Part shown: in pieces, positions 10,690-23,380 of the stretch | How the letters are laid out: the number at the start of each line of letters is the position of its first letter | Numbering within the stretch: the stretch's first letter is position 1 | Assembly: GCF_011386835.1 (NCBI RefSeq) | Contig: NC_088802.1 | Location: 22,072,001 to 22,136,000 of the forward strand | Length of the DNA: 64,000 nt | From: Chrysemys picta bellii | Lineage: Eukaryota | Direction of reading: 5' to 3' | Made by a program: the position numbers and the translations under genes | Notes under the pieces: generated by a model | What the model was told of the DNA's origin: nothing | Database searches by the model: none | The model's input: the letters and a program-made list of their open reading frames with translations, nothing else

Positions 10690-12540
10690 ATTCATAGATT
10701 CATAGATTCTAGGACTGGAAGGGACCTCGAGAGGTCATCGAGTCCAGTCCCCTGCCTGCATGGCAGGACCAAATACTGTCTAGACCATCCCTGATAGACA
10801 TTTATCTAACCTACTCTTAAATATCTCCAGAGATGGAGATTCCACAACCTCCCTAGGCAATTTATTCCAGTGTTTAACCACCCTGACAGTTAGGAACTTT
10901 TTCCTAATGTCCAACCTAGACCTCCCTTGTTGCAGTTTAAACCCATTGCTTCTAGTTCTATCCTTAGAGGCTAAGGTGAACAAATTTTCTCCCTCCTCCT
11001 TATGACACCCTTTTAAATACCTGAAAACTGCTATCATGTCCCCTCTCAGTCTTCTCTTTTCCAAACTAAACAAACCCAATTCTTTCAGCCTTCCTACATA
11101 GGTCATGTTCTCAAGACCTTTAATCATTCTTGTTGCTCTTCTCTGGACCTGCTCCAATTTCTCCACATCTTTTTTTAAAATGCGGTGCCCAGAACTGGAC
11201 ACAGTACTCCAGCTGAGGCCTAACCAGAGCAGAGTAGAGCAGAAAAATGACTTCTCGTGTCTTGTTCACAACACACCTTTTAATACATCCCAGAATCATG
11301 TTTGCTTTTTTTTGCAACAGCATCACACTGTTGACTCATATTTAGCTTGTGATCCACTATAACCCCTAGATCCCTTTCTGCCATACTCCTTCCTAGACAG
11401 TCTCTTCCCATTCTGTATGTGTGATACTGATTTTTCCTTCCTAAGTGGAGCACTTTGCATTTGTCTTTGTTAAACTTCATTCTGTTTAACTCAGACCATT
11501 TCTCCAATTTGTCCAGATCATTTTGAATTATGACCCTGTCCTCCAAAGCAGTTGCAATCCCTCCCAGTTTGGTATCATCCGCAATCTTAATAAGTGTACC
11601 TTCTATGCCAATATCTAAGTCGTTGATGAAGATATTGAACAGCACCGGTCCCAAAACAGACCCCTGCGGTACCCCACTCGTTATGCCTTTCCAGCAGGAT
11701 TGGGAACCATTAATAACAACTCTCTGAGTACGGTTATCCAGCCAGTTATGCACCCACCTTATAGTAGCCCCATCTAAATTGTATTTGCCTAGTTTATCGA
11801 TAAGAATATCATGCAAGACCGTACCAAATGCCTTACTAAAGTCTAGGTATACCACATCCACAGCTTCACCCTTATCCACAAGTCTCGTTATCCTATCAAA
11901 GAAAGCTATCAGATTGGTTTGACATGATTTGTTCTTCACAAATCCATGCTGGCTGTTCCCTATCACCTTACCACCTTCCAAGTGTTTGCAGATGATTTCC
12001 TTAATTATTTGCTCCATTATCTTCCCTGGCACAGAAGTTAAACTAACTGGTCTGTAGTTTCCTGGGTTGTTTTTATTTCCCTTTTTATAGATGGGCACTA
12101 TATTTGCCCTTTTCCAGTCTTCTGGAATCTCTCCCATCTCCCATGATTTTCCAAAGATAATAGCTAGAGGCTCAGATACCTCCTCTATTAGCTCCTTGAG
12201 TATTCTAGGATGCATTTCACCAGGCCCTGGTGACTTGCAGGCATCTAACTTTTCTAAGTGATTTTTAACTTGTTCTTTTTTTATTTTATCTGCTAAACCT
12301 ATCCCCTTCCCATTAGCTTTCACTGTGTTAGGCATTCCTTCAGACGTCTCGGTGAAGACCGAAACAAAGAAGTCATTAAGCATCTCTGCCATTTCCAAGT
12401 TTCCTGTTACTGTTTCTCCCTCTTCACTAAGCAGTGGGCCCACCCTGTCTTTGGTCTTCCTCTTGCTTCTAATGTATTGATAAAAAGTCTTCTTGTTTCC
12501 TTTTATTCCCGTAGCTAGTTTGAACTCATTTTGTGCCTTT
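10690..12540 (-). mobile_element. 5'-truncated CR1 LINE (~1.85 kb) with RT domain, frameshifted
   Basis: ORF 11280..12443 ([29 protein letters not shown]) continues in another frame as ORF 10780..11202; tail ttcatagattcatagatt at 10691. Confidence 0.95.
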
Positions 12541-12729
12541 GCTTTAATACATGTTGTAATAATTTGGCCTACAAACTTACCCTCATTATGAGCTCAACTG
12601 TGAAAAATATGTAACAGTTCATCAGAAGTCACAGTAGCCTCTAATAGCAAATTTCCTGGGACCGCAGAACTTCTTCATCCTAATCCTGAAAGTCATCCTG
12701 ACCAGACTGGTCTAGAGCGAGGGAGGAAG

Positions 12730-13480
12730 GTGACACCACCACTGCCTCCAGCTAAATCCCAAATATCACCTGAATTGTGAGACTTTCTCTCGCTACGTCT
12801 TCCTCTCCTTCGACCTGCCTCCTTTTCCTTCGCCACTTTATTTCTTCTCTTTCCTATCCCTCCCCTTTTCCCTTCTGTCTAATGAGTGTCTGGCTTAGCA
12901 GGACAAGGCTGTATACTTAGCAGCACTGCTGTGAGCCTGTGACCAGAAAGAGGCCACTGAAAGTAATGCCCTAAACAGCTGGATGCTGGTACAAGCTTGC
13001 CAGGTCTCTAAGTGGCTAATAAGACAGTGGGCCGTGCCTGTGTTTCTCCAGCTGTGAGGTAGCAAATGAGAGTCAACCCCAGAGACTGAAGCTGTGTTTT
13101 CTATCTTTGCTGATCCTTTCTCTCCCCGTGTGTGTGTGTGTTTCTGTTGTTTTGTCTTCTAGGAAATGGGATCATACTTTAACAAGAACTTTCACAAGAA
13201 CAGCAATGATAGCTCTACTAACTTCTTCTCTTTTCCCCAAAAGAACAGTTATTACCGTCTTCAATGCCATCTAAAAGTGTTTCCACTAAAGCGGAGGGGA
13301 ATAATGGAGGCTACTAAAATATAAGCCATATTTAACTCTTTCCTTTTCAAAAACTTTAATTTTTCCCTTCTTTTCTGTGTCTTTAATAAAAGCTAAAAAG
13401 GATGTTTAATGGTGTGTTTGCCACGGTAACAACTAGGCAGAGCTCTCTGTATACCAAATTCTGAAGCGTGTTTAACATTG
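12730..13480. mobile_element. LTR-like repeat remnant
   Basis: 3' end homologous to 23390-23600; boundaries poorly defined. Confidence 0.35.
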
Positions 13481-13789
13481 CTCAGTGCTGGACAGCAACT
13501 GGGGTACGTTCATAGAAATGTATCCCTACAGCCTGTCTGCATTCAGATCTCCAACGGAGGCTAACAGGACTACCTCTTTTTGACTTCCTGAGGGATTGAG
13601 CCCAATCAATATTGTGTGTGATCCCTGTCCCGCAGACAGATTCAGAATCATGGTAGTGGTCCATAGTCACACTTAACTGGAATATGATTATTCATGTGTT
13701 CACCCTATGCACTGAAGTAGCCCTTTTGCAGGATTGGTCACTATATGAATATTTATATAAGCATTTGAGTTTTCACTAAGCCAAGTAAA

Positions 13790-14250
13790 TTGAAAAGTAA
13801 GGTCTACACAATTGTAATTAAATCTTCATTTTTCCAGGGCTCGGAATTCTGGGCACTGAGGAAGAGAAAGGAGGAAATCTTGAATACAGGGGAAATTAAA
13901 ATTTTAGGATGGGTGGTTGGAGTTACAAGGATGGACCATGTTCAGAACAAACAAAGTAGGGGAAGAGGGAAGGTGGTACCAATTATTTAAAAAAGCTGAG
14001 GGAATCCAGGTTTAGATGGTTTGGCTATGCAAAAAGAAAATCGGGAGAACATATAGGAAAGAGGGAGTTAAATTTAGAAGTGGAGGGTAAGAGAAGTGTT
14101 GGAAGACCCAAAATTAGATGGATGGATGTCATAGTAAAGCATTTGGTAAGCTTCTTGGTTTGAGGAAATATATACATGACAGACTAGAATGGAGAAGAAG
14201 AACTTGAAGACCAAACCCTATATAAATGGGAAGAAGGCTAGAAGAAGATT
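13790..14250 (+). mobile_element. RTE-clade LINE 3' fragment
   Basis: Decayed E.WAL, RLRWFGH and RxxGRP-type motifs; same insertion present at 46750-47170. Confidence 0.7.
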
Positions 14251-14559
14251 TGAGTTGAGTAAGTGCAGCCAGAGGTTCAGACACTATATTGCAAGATTGT
14301 TGTTGTGACAGATATGACAGTATCCTGTAATATCTTGGAAAAATCTTACTGAATTAAGTTTAACATACTTGGAGTTTGTTGTATTAAAAATGCAAATGTT
14401 TATGTACTGTTGTAAAATTGCATGGACATTCTTTAGGAGGAAGTCATGAATAATGCAATCTCTGGGAGCTATTAGGAACTTCAGAAGATTATTGGGGACA
14501 ATACGAGTGAAGTGAATGTCCAAGGACATTTGCGGGGGATGGGGAAGGGAATGCAAATG

Positions 14560-14837
14560 CAGGCCCGGATTTAGGGGAGGCGACCCAGGGCTTTGGAGGC
14601 ATGGGTCTCGGGGTTCTGCTTTTGTTGTTAGTGACAAAATACAGATTTACAAATCCTAGTGTGCAAATTTAGCTTCTTATATGACAGGGATAAATCATGC
14701 ATGCAAATCATGCACCAAAGTAATGAAATGTGCTACAAATGCAATTAAAAAATAAGGTATTCAAACATTTAACCAATGGAGGGGGGACCCAAAGATGCTT
14801 CTCGCCTGGGGTGCCATTTGGTCTAGGGCCAACCCTG
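14560..14837. mobile_element. hAT-like MITE, 278 bp
   Basis: Starts caggcccggattta, ends ggccaaccctg; perfect 8-bp TSD tgcaaatg (14552-14559, 14838-14845); empty paralogous site at 47459-47466. Confidence 0.85.
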
Positions 14838-15619
14838 TGCAAATGACTCACCTGGAAACCCTTCTTTTGAAGCTACACTTTGGACAGAGATTGAAGAGAC
14901 GTTGCATGTATAATCAGCCAGACAAAGAAACAAACTCGATAAATGAGTCACTCACAGAGTCAGGCATTGTTTTTGTTCTGAGGTGAGGATGTGAAGAACA
15001 TGAATCCACAGGAAAATCTCTGACTAAGGATTGAAGGAGAGCTCTTACCAAAGCCAATGTTGCAGTTGGGGTGATCTCTGCTAAGGTTGTTATATTAAAA
15101 ACAATAAAAGGAACCTATACATTTTCCTTGGTAGTGATTTACCTTAAGACTAAAATATGTTTGCTTAGAAAGAGCTCTGTGGTAATTTACAAGCATAGCA
15201 ATTACACTGTATAGTGTCTCTGAGAAGAGAAGTGAAGCTGGTCTGTTAGGCAGATTATCTTTTGCTTGGAATAACACAGTGAAGGCCGGTAACTGGTCCG
15301 CCCTGGAATACCCCCATCAGAAGGAAGAACAATGCAGGTCTCCACCCAAGAGAGGTAATGTCTGGGGAGCAGGAGGCCTGAGACTGGGTGGCCTCAATGG
15401 ACCATAGCGGGGAAACACAGGTGCTCTTGTCATGAACTTTACCAATCACTGCACAGTCAGCCACGTTTAAGGAGCAAACCCACTCAGCAGACCTTGAGAA
15501 TCTCCATCCGATTCCTGGCTCCCAGCCCCATGCTCCCTTTCCTAGAGAAAACAATATCCCCCTGATGCAGGTTTATTTTCCATATGGTGCTGGCTCACTT
15601 CATGTCCACAAGACATGGA

Positions 15620-15756
15620 GTTTCTGCCCCACAAAGGATGTTCTACCCTTGAACAGAGACCTGGAAAAGAACTCCATGTCGCTCGAAAGCTTGTCCTTTT
15701 CACTAATAAAAGTGGTCCAACTTGTCACCGAAAGAGAGAGAGAGAGAGAGAGAGAG
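15620..15756. repeat. Penelope-like fragment followed by (GA)n
   Basis: aataaaag/ggtccaac motifs shared with 59173-59355; GA microsatellite at ~15734-15756. Confidence 0.45.
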
Positions 15757-16019
15757 ATGCTAATGAAACAATAAATGACACACAGAGAAGTATAAAGAGA
15801 AAAAAATGATGTTAGTCTATCTATGCAATTAATAAAAATGTACACTATTCACATCAGAAAATGTATATAAATATAGATGGCAGTTTCTGATCTCTGGAAA
15901 AAGGCATAGACACATATCAGTGGTTTTATTAGTCAGTCAAATGTTAGCTGTGAATGTTGGCCTTGTTTTGTGTCCTTAAGTTATTTCTGAACTCATCCTG
16001 ATTTCACTGAATGCTTTAA

Positions 16020-16710
16020 AAATAATTTGGATGGGCAATTTCTTTTGCCCAGGGTTAATCATGACCTGGCGACAGAACATATAAATGGCAACAATATTGA
16101 ATGGGTGAATAGTTTTATGTATCTGGGTTGTCAGTTGAGAGCAGGACGTTCTATATCTGAAGAAGTCACAAGTCTGATGGGTCTTGTGTCAGTGTCATTT
16201 CAGCATCATTCAAAGGCCCCTGCTTGGGTTGCAGGATGTCTATGTGACAACTAATAAACGAGTGTTACAAGTTGTTGTGATGACATCTCTCTTATATGCA
16301 GAAGAAATGTATCCATTGTACACAGTTGAGGAGAGGAAATTAAACAGTTTACAGTGTCAAAAGTTACAGCGGAATCTTCACTTCCATTTGTTTGATTTGT
16401 CACAAATGAGGAGATACTTAGCTGATCCCAGCAAGTTGCAGTCTGGCATCAGTTGATAAGATGATTGCAATGGTGGAGTCATGTTCAACTCCCAGAAGAA
16501 GTTATGCTTTTACTGAAGCTTTTTATATCTGGGGTCAAAGGAAATAGAGCACGAGGCTGACTAAGAAGAAGATTGGAAGATGCAATTTTGTGGGATTTAA
16601 GAAACCTTAATCCTCCCATCCTGACTCTGTGGAAGGAAGAAGACTTGCAAGGAACCATTTAAGATGGAAACCAATTGTATACGCTGCCATGGCTGCATTA
16701 TAGCCATGTG
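16020..16710 (+). mobile_element. Old RTE-like LINE fragment
   Basis: ORFs 16027 and 16184 give IEWVNSFMYLG and VVMTSLLYAEEM, resembling the RTE RT C-terminus. Confidence 0.6.
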
Positions 16711-17494
16711 TATCTGCTGATGCTGATGTGCTACTGATTTATACAAAGCGAACAGATTCAAGAGGAGACACTGAGAAAGCCCTTTCTCAAACTAGCCAAG
16801 AGATTAAAGCACTTTCCTGAGAGATGGGAAACCAAACTTCAAATCTCTGCTCCACAATAGACAGAGGTGGGTCATGAATGAGTGTCTCCCACATGTCAGG
16901 TGATGAGTCCCCTAACCAATGTGTTAAAGGTACTGCAAGTCAATGAGGATCCCTGTGCCTCTTTGTGAATTTAGCCTTTTTTTCACCTTTGGCTCGGATG
17001 AAACTATTTGGTAAACTTGTTTCAAATTTACAAATGTATCAGGTCAATCAAAACAGCATTTTTTGGTGAATCAGCTGTTAGACTGTAAAATGGCAAGAAA
17101 GAATAGGAGATGCGACAAAGGAAAAGCTATATTGTATAGAGCTGGGCAAAATTTTTCAGACAATTTGCTCCTTTCTCATTCCTTAACCTGTGTATCCATC
17201 TCTTGGTGATGTTTAAGGATGGCTGGCCTATTCCCATGCTTTCACCTCCACTGCCCTCTTGTGGAATTAGACATCCAAATAGCAAATGATTTAGTCTCCC
17301 TAGACTCCTTTGAAGATGATAGCCATAATGTATAACTCCTTAGCCTACTTTAGAGAATCTGAGCCTAAATAAATTCCTTTTTAATTGACTGTTCCTTTGA
17401 TTGGAAACCTAAATCACTTGGGCTCTTTTCATAATCTAAGCCTCAGTACCCTCATTCTTATGAACCATACACCGTTATTTAAGGGCTGACCCAA

Positions 17495-17834
17495 CACAGT
17501 GTTCTCGGTAGCTTGTCACAGAGAGTGAACTTCAGGGATCTTGCTCCAGGGGGAACAAGACAGCATTTAAACAGCTCTCAAGAAATCAACTCTTATCCTT
17601 GGGAGTGGAACAAAGACCCGTTCCTTAGCAGATTCCAAGACTAACACTTGAAGGGTCTCACTGCTCCTGGTAAAACAAATATTTGAAGTCTTAAATGAGG
17701 TTTTCCAGAGGCAGAGACAGAGATTAGACAGACAAATCAATAAGTTAATAGATAGACTAAGAAAACAAAAAAAGAAAATCACAGGTCAGAATGATCTCAC
17801 CATCTTTATGATCTACATTAAAAAACAGGTGAGT
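17495..17834 (+). promoter_or_regulatory. Putative OR promoter/first exon module, copy 2 (diverged, two internal micro-inversions)
   Basis: Homologous to 1147-1522; variant EBF-like CTCCAGGGGG at 17544-17553; donor CAG|GTGAGT at 17828/17829. Confidence 0.55.
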
Positions 17835-18015
17835 TGATTCATGTTTTTATTCATTGTAATCTTTTATTTTCCTTTTAATTTCAAAGGACCAAGTTCTACC
17901 CCTACCCCTTATCTAGGGGTGGGTCTCTCTGCAGAGTCCCTTTGATTTCTGCCTGAATGCAGCAGTCGGCTCACACAGAGTCAGTAGCAGCATAAGGGTC
18001 ATGGCTGGCAATCCA

Positions 18016-18056
<41 letters not shown>

Positions 18057-18550
18057 TTCTCAAGGCAGCACTGAGAACACTGAGATCAGCTGGTGCAGGA
18101 TAACAGTAGTTTCTACTTTTGGAGTCTGTGTGTTGGGGGGTGAGTAGATTGGGGCAGGGCATTCTCTAGAGAAGACACTTAGCTTTTGGTTTCACTGTGC
18201 ACAGAGCCTTTGTTACCACTCAGGCAAGGTCCATCTCTTTTCTCGGGCATCTGTCTGATTAGCTGATAGTTGGGAAAAGATGTATTTTCTCTCTCTGGGA
18301 TACATATGGGATAAACATTGATTTGACATTGGACAGAACATTGGCTTCATTCCCATTTCCACTACAAATCAATGTTAATTCCATTAGGGCAGGAGAGATT
18401 CTCTTATGTAGGAAAAGCCTGATATTCAGATGTGCAGGATCCTGAGTTAAAAGTCCCATTGAGTTTAAGTGACTTAGGAACAAAACTCTCATTAACTGAC
18501 AATCAGATCCCTCCTTTTAAAATCATGTCAGCATTCCTAGAGAGTGTTCA

Positions 18551-20347
18551 TTTATTATGATCATTATTACTGTCCCTCAATATTACCCAGGGGGATATTT
18601 TTTAACAAATAGCTTTCACAATATACAAGATCTTTCAGCATCAAAAGGGAAAAATTACTGTCTAAAATGTATCCCATAAGTCACCAATAAATCCTTTGTG
18701 CACTGAGTCTGTAGGTTTGGGTAGTCAGGAGTTTTGTTAAATGCTCTGCACAATTCCTACATTTTAGATGATCAATGCTCTCATTTTCCTTTGACTTTCC
18801 ATAACATTCTCGCAGTGTCTGAGAGCTCTGTCTGCTGGAAGTCACTGACCATGATGTCTTGCACATGTTCTTCAGCTGCTCATTCAGACACTTAGAGATC
18901 ACTCTAAGTATTCCAATAATCGCTGGGATCATTTGTGTTCTATTTTTCCATAATCAATTTACTGTGTGGTAGTGTTCTTCATACTTTGCTATCTCGTCTT
19001 TTTGTTTTTTTATGATGCTATCTGCTCTTATGGTGATATATTAATATTTGGCCTGTTTTTCTGCTCTGCTCAGTCTGTGAAAATTGCCAGATCCCATTAA
19101 ATCTTAGCCTCTTCATTCTCTAGAGCGCTTCTGGTTTGGTGGTTGTAATAACACACAATTCATTTAAATATGTACTTCCACAGAGACTCCAGTGCAGGAA
19201 CTTGGTGGCCTCATGTGTGTGTTCTCTCCTAGCCAGGCTCAGCAGGCGTTCCACAGTCTCTTCCTTTTCAGAACACATTGTGCAGTTCAGGGAGCAATTT
19301 TGTTGCTTGATCTTACTTTTCTGTAAATAGCCCTTAAGGACTTCTCTTGTGCACTCATATTGAAGCTCTCTGTCTCTTTTCCGATATCCTAGAAGACATG
19401 AGTTTATGCATCTTCTACCCCTAACAGGTTTGATCTCTCTCCAAAACTGTCCATGCACTCATTTCTGTGTAAAACTTCGGAGTTTTTCTGTGGGGATTTC
19501 GTTTCTACTATCTTTCATGATTTCTTGGGCTGGAATGCACTCTCAGTCAATGCTTTTTATCACTACCAATTGATCTTTTTCTCTGTCTTTTAATATGTTT
19601 TGATGTTGTAATCTTGATTATCAACTTCTTCCTCCGTGGATAGCAGATATTTTTCCTGTATCACACTGTCAGATGTCTTGTCTATGTTTTTATTGCTATT
19701 CAATACTCGTTGCTTCACTAGTAGCTTTCTTGTCCGGATGTCAAATTTTTATTTATCCCCTGGATTCCAATTGATCTCCCCGGCACTGTGCCATACTACT
19801 GTTCATCCTGAGTCATTGCTTTTACCAAAATGTTTGCATGTGGGTCAACATGACTAATCTCCCTTTTCAGGCTTTCAGTCTCTATTTGCATAAATAACCC
19901 CTGTTTGCTATTAACCTCTCAGTTGTCCAGTGAGTCTATGCTCAGTCATTTCTTTCTTGGTGTTGACGTTTCTTTTCTTCAAGTCTTGGCGCATCCATGT
20001 CCTCCAGCCTCTCTCTTCTGGTTTTGCCAAAATCCAACCTTAGATCAATTCTTGGTTTGCACTAAGAGTCCTTTTCACTCTTTGGCTGAAAATTATCTCT
20101 GGTTTTCTTGAATTGTTTGGACAGTTGCATGATATCAGGCTGGGGTTACCCACTTACACACACACCTTGGAAGTGGAGGAGACTGTCATAAAGCTCAGCC
20201 CTTCTGAGGCCCTCGTTATGACATTTTTAATATTTATCAATTTGCCTGTATTTGATTGGGTTGCCATCCTATGCCCAAGCCAGTATTTCTAATTCTCAGG
20301 GGTTTATTATTATTATAATTTTAATTATTATTATTATTATTATTATT
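18551..20347 (-). mobile_element. R4/Dong LINE copy 2, RT core deleted
   Basis: ORF 19120..19458 MHGQF...CTMCSEKEETVE (zinc-knuckle region); junction near 19800 skips ~1.9 kb present in copies 1 and 3; TTA-rich at both ends. Confidence 0.75.
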
Positions 20348-20415
20348 GTGGAAATCCTAGATATTTGAATAGGGATGAATCCAATAATATACTATAGATA
20401 TCAAACACTCTACAA

Positions 20416-20538
20416 CAGTGGTTTTGAACTTGTGGTCCACAGATCCCTGCTGGTTCGTAGACCATATTTAAGATATTCAAAGGGGTTGGCACCTAAATTT
20501 TTAGGGGTCCGCAAATGAAAAAAGGCCAAAAACCACTG
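20416..20538. mobile_element. hAT-like MITE, 123 bp
   Basis: Perfect 10-bp TIR cagtggtttt/aaaaccactg; perfect 8-bp TSD ctctacaa; also at 42447-42576, absent in unit 1. Confidence 0.85.
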
Positions 20539-21222
20539 CTCTACAAAAAATTAAAAATGTAGTAGACAAAGAGGTACTTATAGAATTGGCCAGATCCCAG
20601 ATTCAGTGGGTGTGAATCAGCCATAGCTCCATTGGAGTAAAGGGACCAGATGCCCAACTGGAGTAAAAACAGCTGTATCTCTGCTGATGTTAAAGGGACA
20701 GATTAAAGAGTTATTAGGCCAGAGAGAAACCACAAGCAAGCGTATGAGTGATGGTTAGGGCCCTCACCCTGGATGCAGGAGATCTAGTATCCAGTCCCCT
20801 TTCTTCAATGTTTCTTTCATTATTTAACCACAGTGGAACAAATTCAACAGGAGAGCCTAAGCAAGGCCTGCATCAGACTGTCCCATAGTCCCAGCTAGGT
20901 GGGGGATTTGGTGAATACCTGGGGGGAAAGAGTCTGTGATTTAGGTGCTTAAAGTGGCAGTTAGGGATCTAAGTCCTGATGTGTATCTGGCCCATTTTGT
21001 CCTTGTAGGACATACAAATTCCAGCCAGATTATCACTATTGGTTTTCTAAATGTTGTCAATTTAAAGAGCATATATATTTTACATGATAGAATAGGGCTC
21101 TCTTTATATTCAACCTACTGAAGAGATGACCTCTAGATGACAGTTCAATTAACTTTTAAGATCTGAATTAATTTTATTTATTTATTTGTCTCATAGGTCC
21201 TAGTTTTGCTGATAAAATATCA

Positions 21223-22155
21223 ATGGAAAATCAAACCACAGTGATGGAATTTATTCTCCTGGGACTTTCCAGTGACCCACAGATGCAGATTTTCCTCTTC
21301 TTGGTGTTTTTAGTTACTTATCTAATCACTCTGGGTGCTAATATAGTGATCATGGTGGTGATAAGGGCTGATTCTCACCTTCACACCCCTATGTACTTCT
21401 TTCTCTTCCATTTATCCTTTGTTGATATCTGCTATTCCTCAGTCACGGTGCCTAACGCACTAAAGAACTTCCTAACAACACACAAAACTATTTCTGTCAA
21501 TGGCTGCATTGCTCAGATGTTCTTCATCCTCCTCTCAGCTGCTGCTGAAGTTTTCATTCTCTCAGCCATGGCTTATGACCGCTATGCTGCCATCTGTGAC
21601 CCATTGCATTACATGGAGAGAATGAGCAAAGGGATCTGTGTTCAGCTGGTGAGTGGGGCATGGACAATAGGCTTCTTCCATGCCCTGCTTAACACTGTTT
21701 TTACCTCCAAGTTGCATTTCTGTGGGCCCAATCAAATCAGCCATTTCAGCTGTGAGCTCCCTCCTCTATTACAACGATCCTGCATTGACACCTTCACCAA
21801 TCAAGTGGTGCTTCTTACTTCTGTTGTAATATTTGGGTCAAGCTCCTTCCTCCTTACGCTGATCTCCTACATTTACATCATCTCCACCATTCTGAGGATA
21901 TGGTCTGCGGAGGGCAGGCGTAAAGCCTTCTCCACCTGCAGCTCCCACCTTATTGTGGTTGGTTTATGGTACCTGACAGCCTTTTTCCAGTACACAAAAC
22001 CCAGCTCAGTCTCCTCTGTGGTTCTGGATGAAATATTCTCCATTCAGTACAGCATCTTGACCCCCATGTTAAACCCCATCATCTACAGCCTGAAAAACAA
22101 GGAGGTGAAAATAGCACTAGGGAAAACATTGGGGAAATTGAAGTTTTTCAAGTAG
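21223..22155 (+). CDS. Class II olfactory receptor, 310 aa, intact (paralog B)
   Basis: Full OR motif set including KAFSTCSSHL; candidate acceptor catag|g at 21196/21197. Confidence 0.95.
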   Translation: MENQTTVMEFILLGLSSDPQMQIFLFLVFLVTYLITLGANIVIMVVIRADSHLHTPMYFFLFHLSFVDICYSSVTVPNALKNFLTTHKTISVNGCIAQMFFILLSAAAEVFILSAMAYDRYAAICDPLHYMERMSKGICVQLVSGAWTIGFFHALLNTVFTSKLHFCGPNQISHFSCELPPLLQRSCIDTFTNQVVLLTSVVIFGSSSFLLTLISYIYIISTILRIWSAEGRRKAFSTCSSHLIVVGLWYLTAFFQYTKPSSVSSVVLDEIFSIQYSILTPMLNPIIYSLKNKEVKIALGKTLGKLKFFK

Positions 22156-23099
22156 TGTTGATGATCTTAAATTAAATATTTTTTTAAATCCAAGAGCAGA
22201 GAACTGTAGATAACTTTGGTTTGGGACATTCTCAAGTCAGGTAACTGATGGACAGATTGTGACAACCTCAGCTGCTCTAAATCAGTGTAGCTCCATTAAA
22301 GTCAGCGAACCAAGTTGTACAAGTGTCACTGGAGCACGGGGGCCTGGATCCTGGGTCTCCTACACCCTGAGTGAGTGTTCTAAGCACCAGGCTGTAGAGT
22401 CATGCAAACATTTCTCTCTCTCTCTTCGCTCCATATCTCTTTGATCTGGCCCACTGACTTCAGGGGAGCTACGACCAATTTATACCAGCTGGGCGTCTGG
22501 GCAGTTTTATAAAAATCTCTTCATCTATTGATTTCTCAGGTTTTTTTGATTAATTTGTTGAAACAACTGATATTAAATTGTTATCTTATTGTACTTTACC
22601 CTACTAAAATCTCAAGGATTTTTTCAATAATTAATTATAATAATTAGTGGAGCCAATAGGTTTATTTCCCAGGTAGGGCTAGATCCACAAAGGAACTTAT
22701 CCCATATCCCCATGGTTAGGGCACTATGTTCATGGGGGTCTCTCTCTAACTCTCCTGTTCAAACCTCACATGGGTGGGGAGAGAACCCCTGTTTAAATCC
22801 TGTCTCTTTATCAGGCACTTGAAGCAGGGCCCTCCCACATCCCAGGTGACTATCCTGACCATTGGGATAAAAGTTGAGTGGTCTCTTCCTTCTAATTCCT
22901 TCTTCCTTCCCCCCAACCCAGCTTTTTGTTAAAAAATGCCTTAGGTGCAGTTAGAGGATTCCCAGCTGGGAACCCTCTAAACAGAAGGAGGTGTCTTGCT
23001 CCAGGGGACATGGGGACTGAACTCTTTGACAGAGGTGGGATTTATAACACACCTTTCTCTTCATCCTCTCCCATTGGCTAGGGAATCACCTATCATGAT

Positions 23100-23380
23100 G
23101 TTAGAACATAAGAACAAATGATAGATCATCCCAGGTCAGATGGTCCATCAGACCAATGGTCCATCTTGCACAGTATCCTGTTTCTGACAGGGGCCAGTGC
23201 CAGATTCTTCAGAGGGAAAAATTAAAAGAACAGGCAATTATTGAGTGATCCATCCCCTGTTGTCTGGTCTCAGCTTCTGGCAGTCAGATGTTTAGCGACA
23301 TCCAGAGCAGGGGGTTGCCTCTCCGGCCATCTGGACTAATTGCCTTTGATGGACCTATCCTCCATGAATTTATCTAATTC
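23100..23380 (-). mobile_element. CR1 3' UTR fragment
   Basis: agaacataagaac tail; reverse complement of the CR1 end at 57600-57802; paralog at 45140-45420. Confidence 0.7.

Noticed and set aside
11280-12443. 387-aa RT ORF as an active element or novel gene
   Set aside because: 5'-truncated CR1 with no endonuclease domain and a frameshift near 11290.
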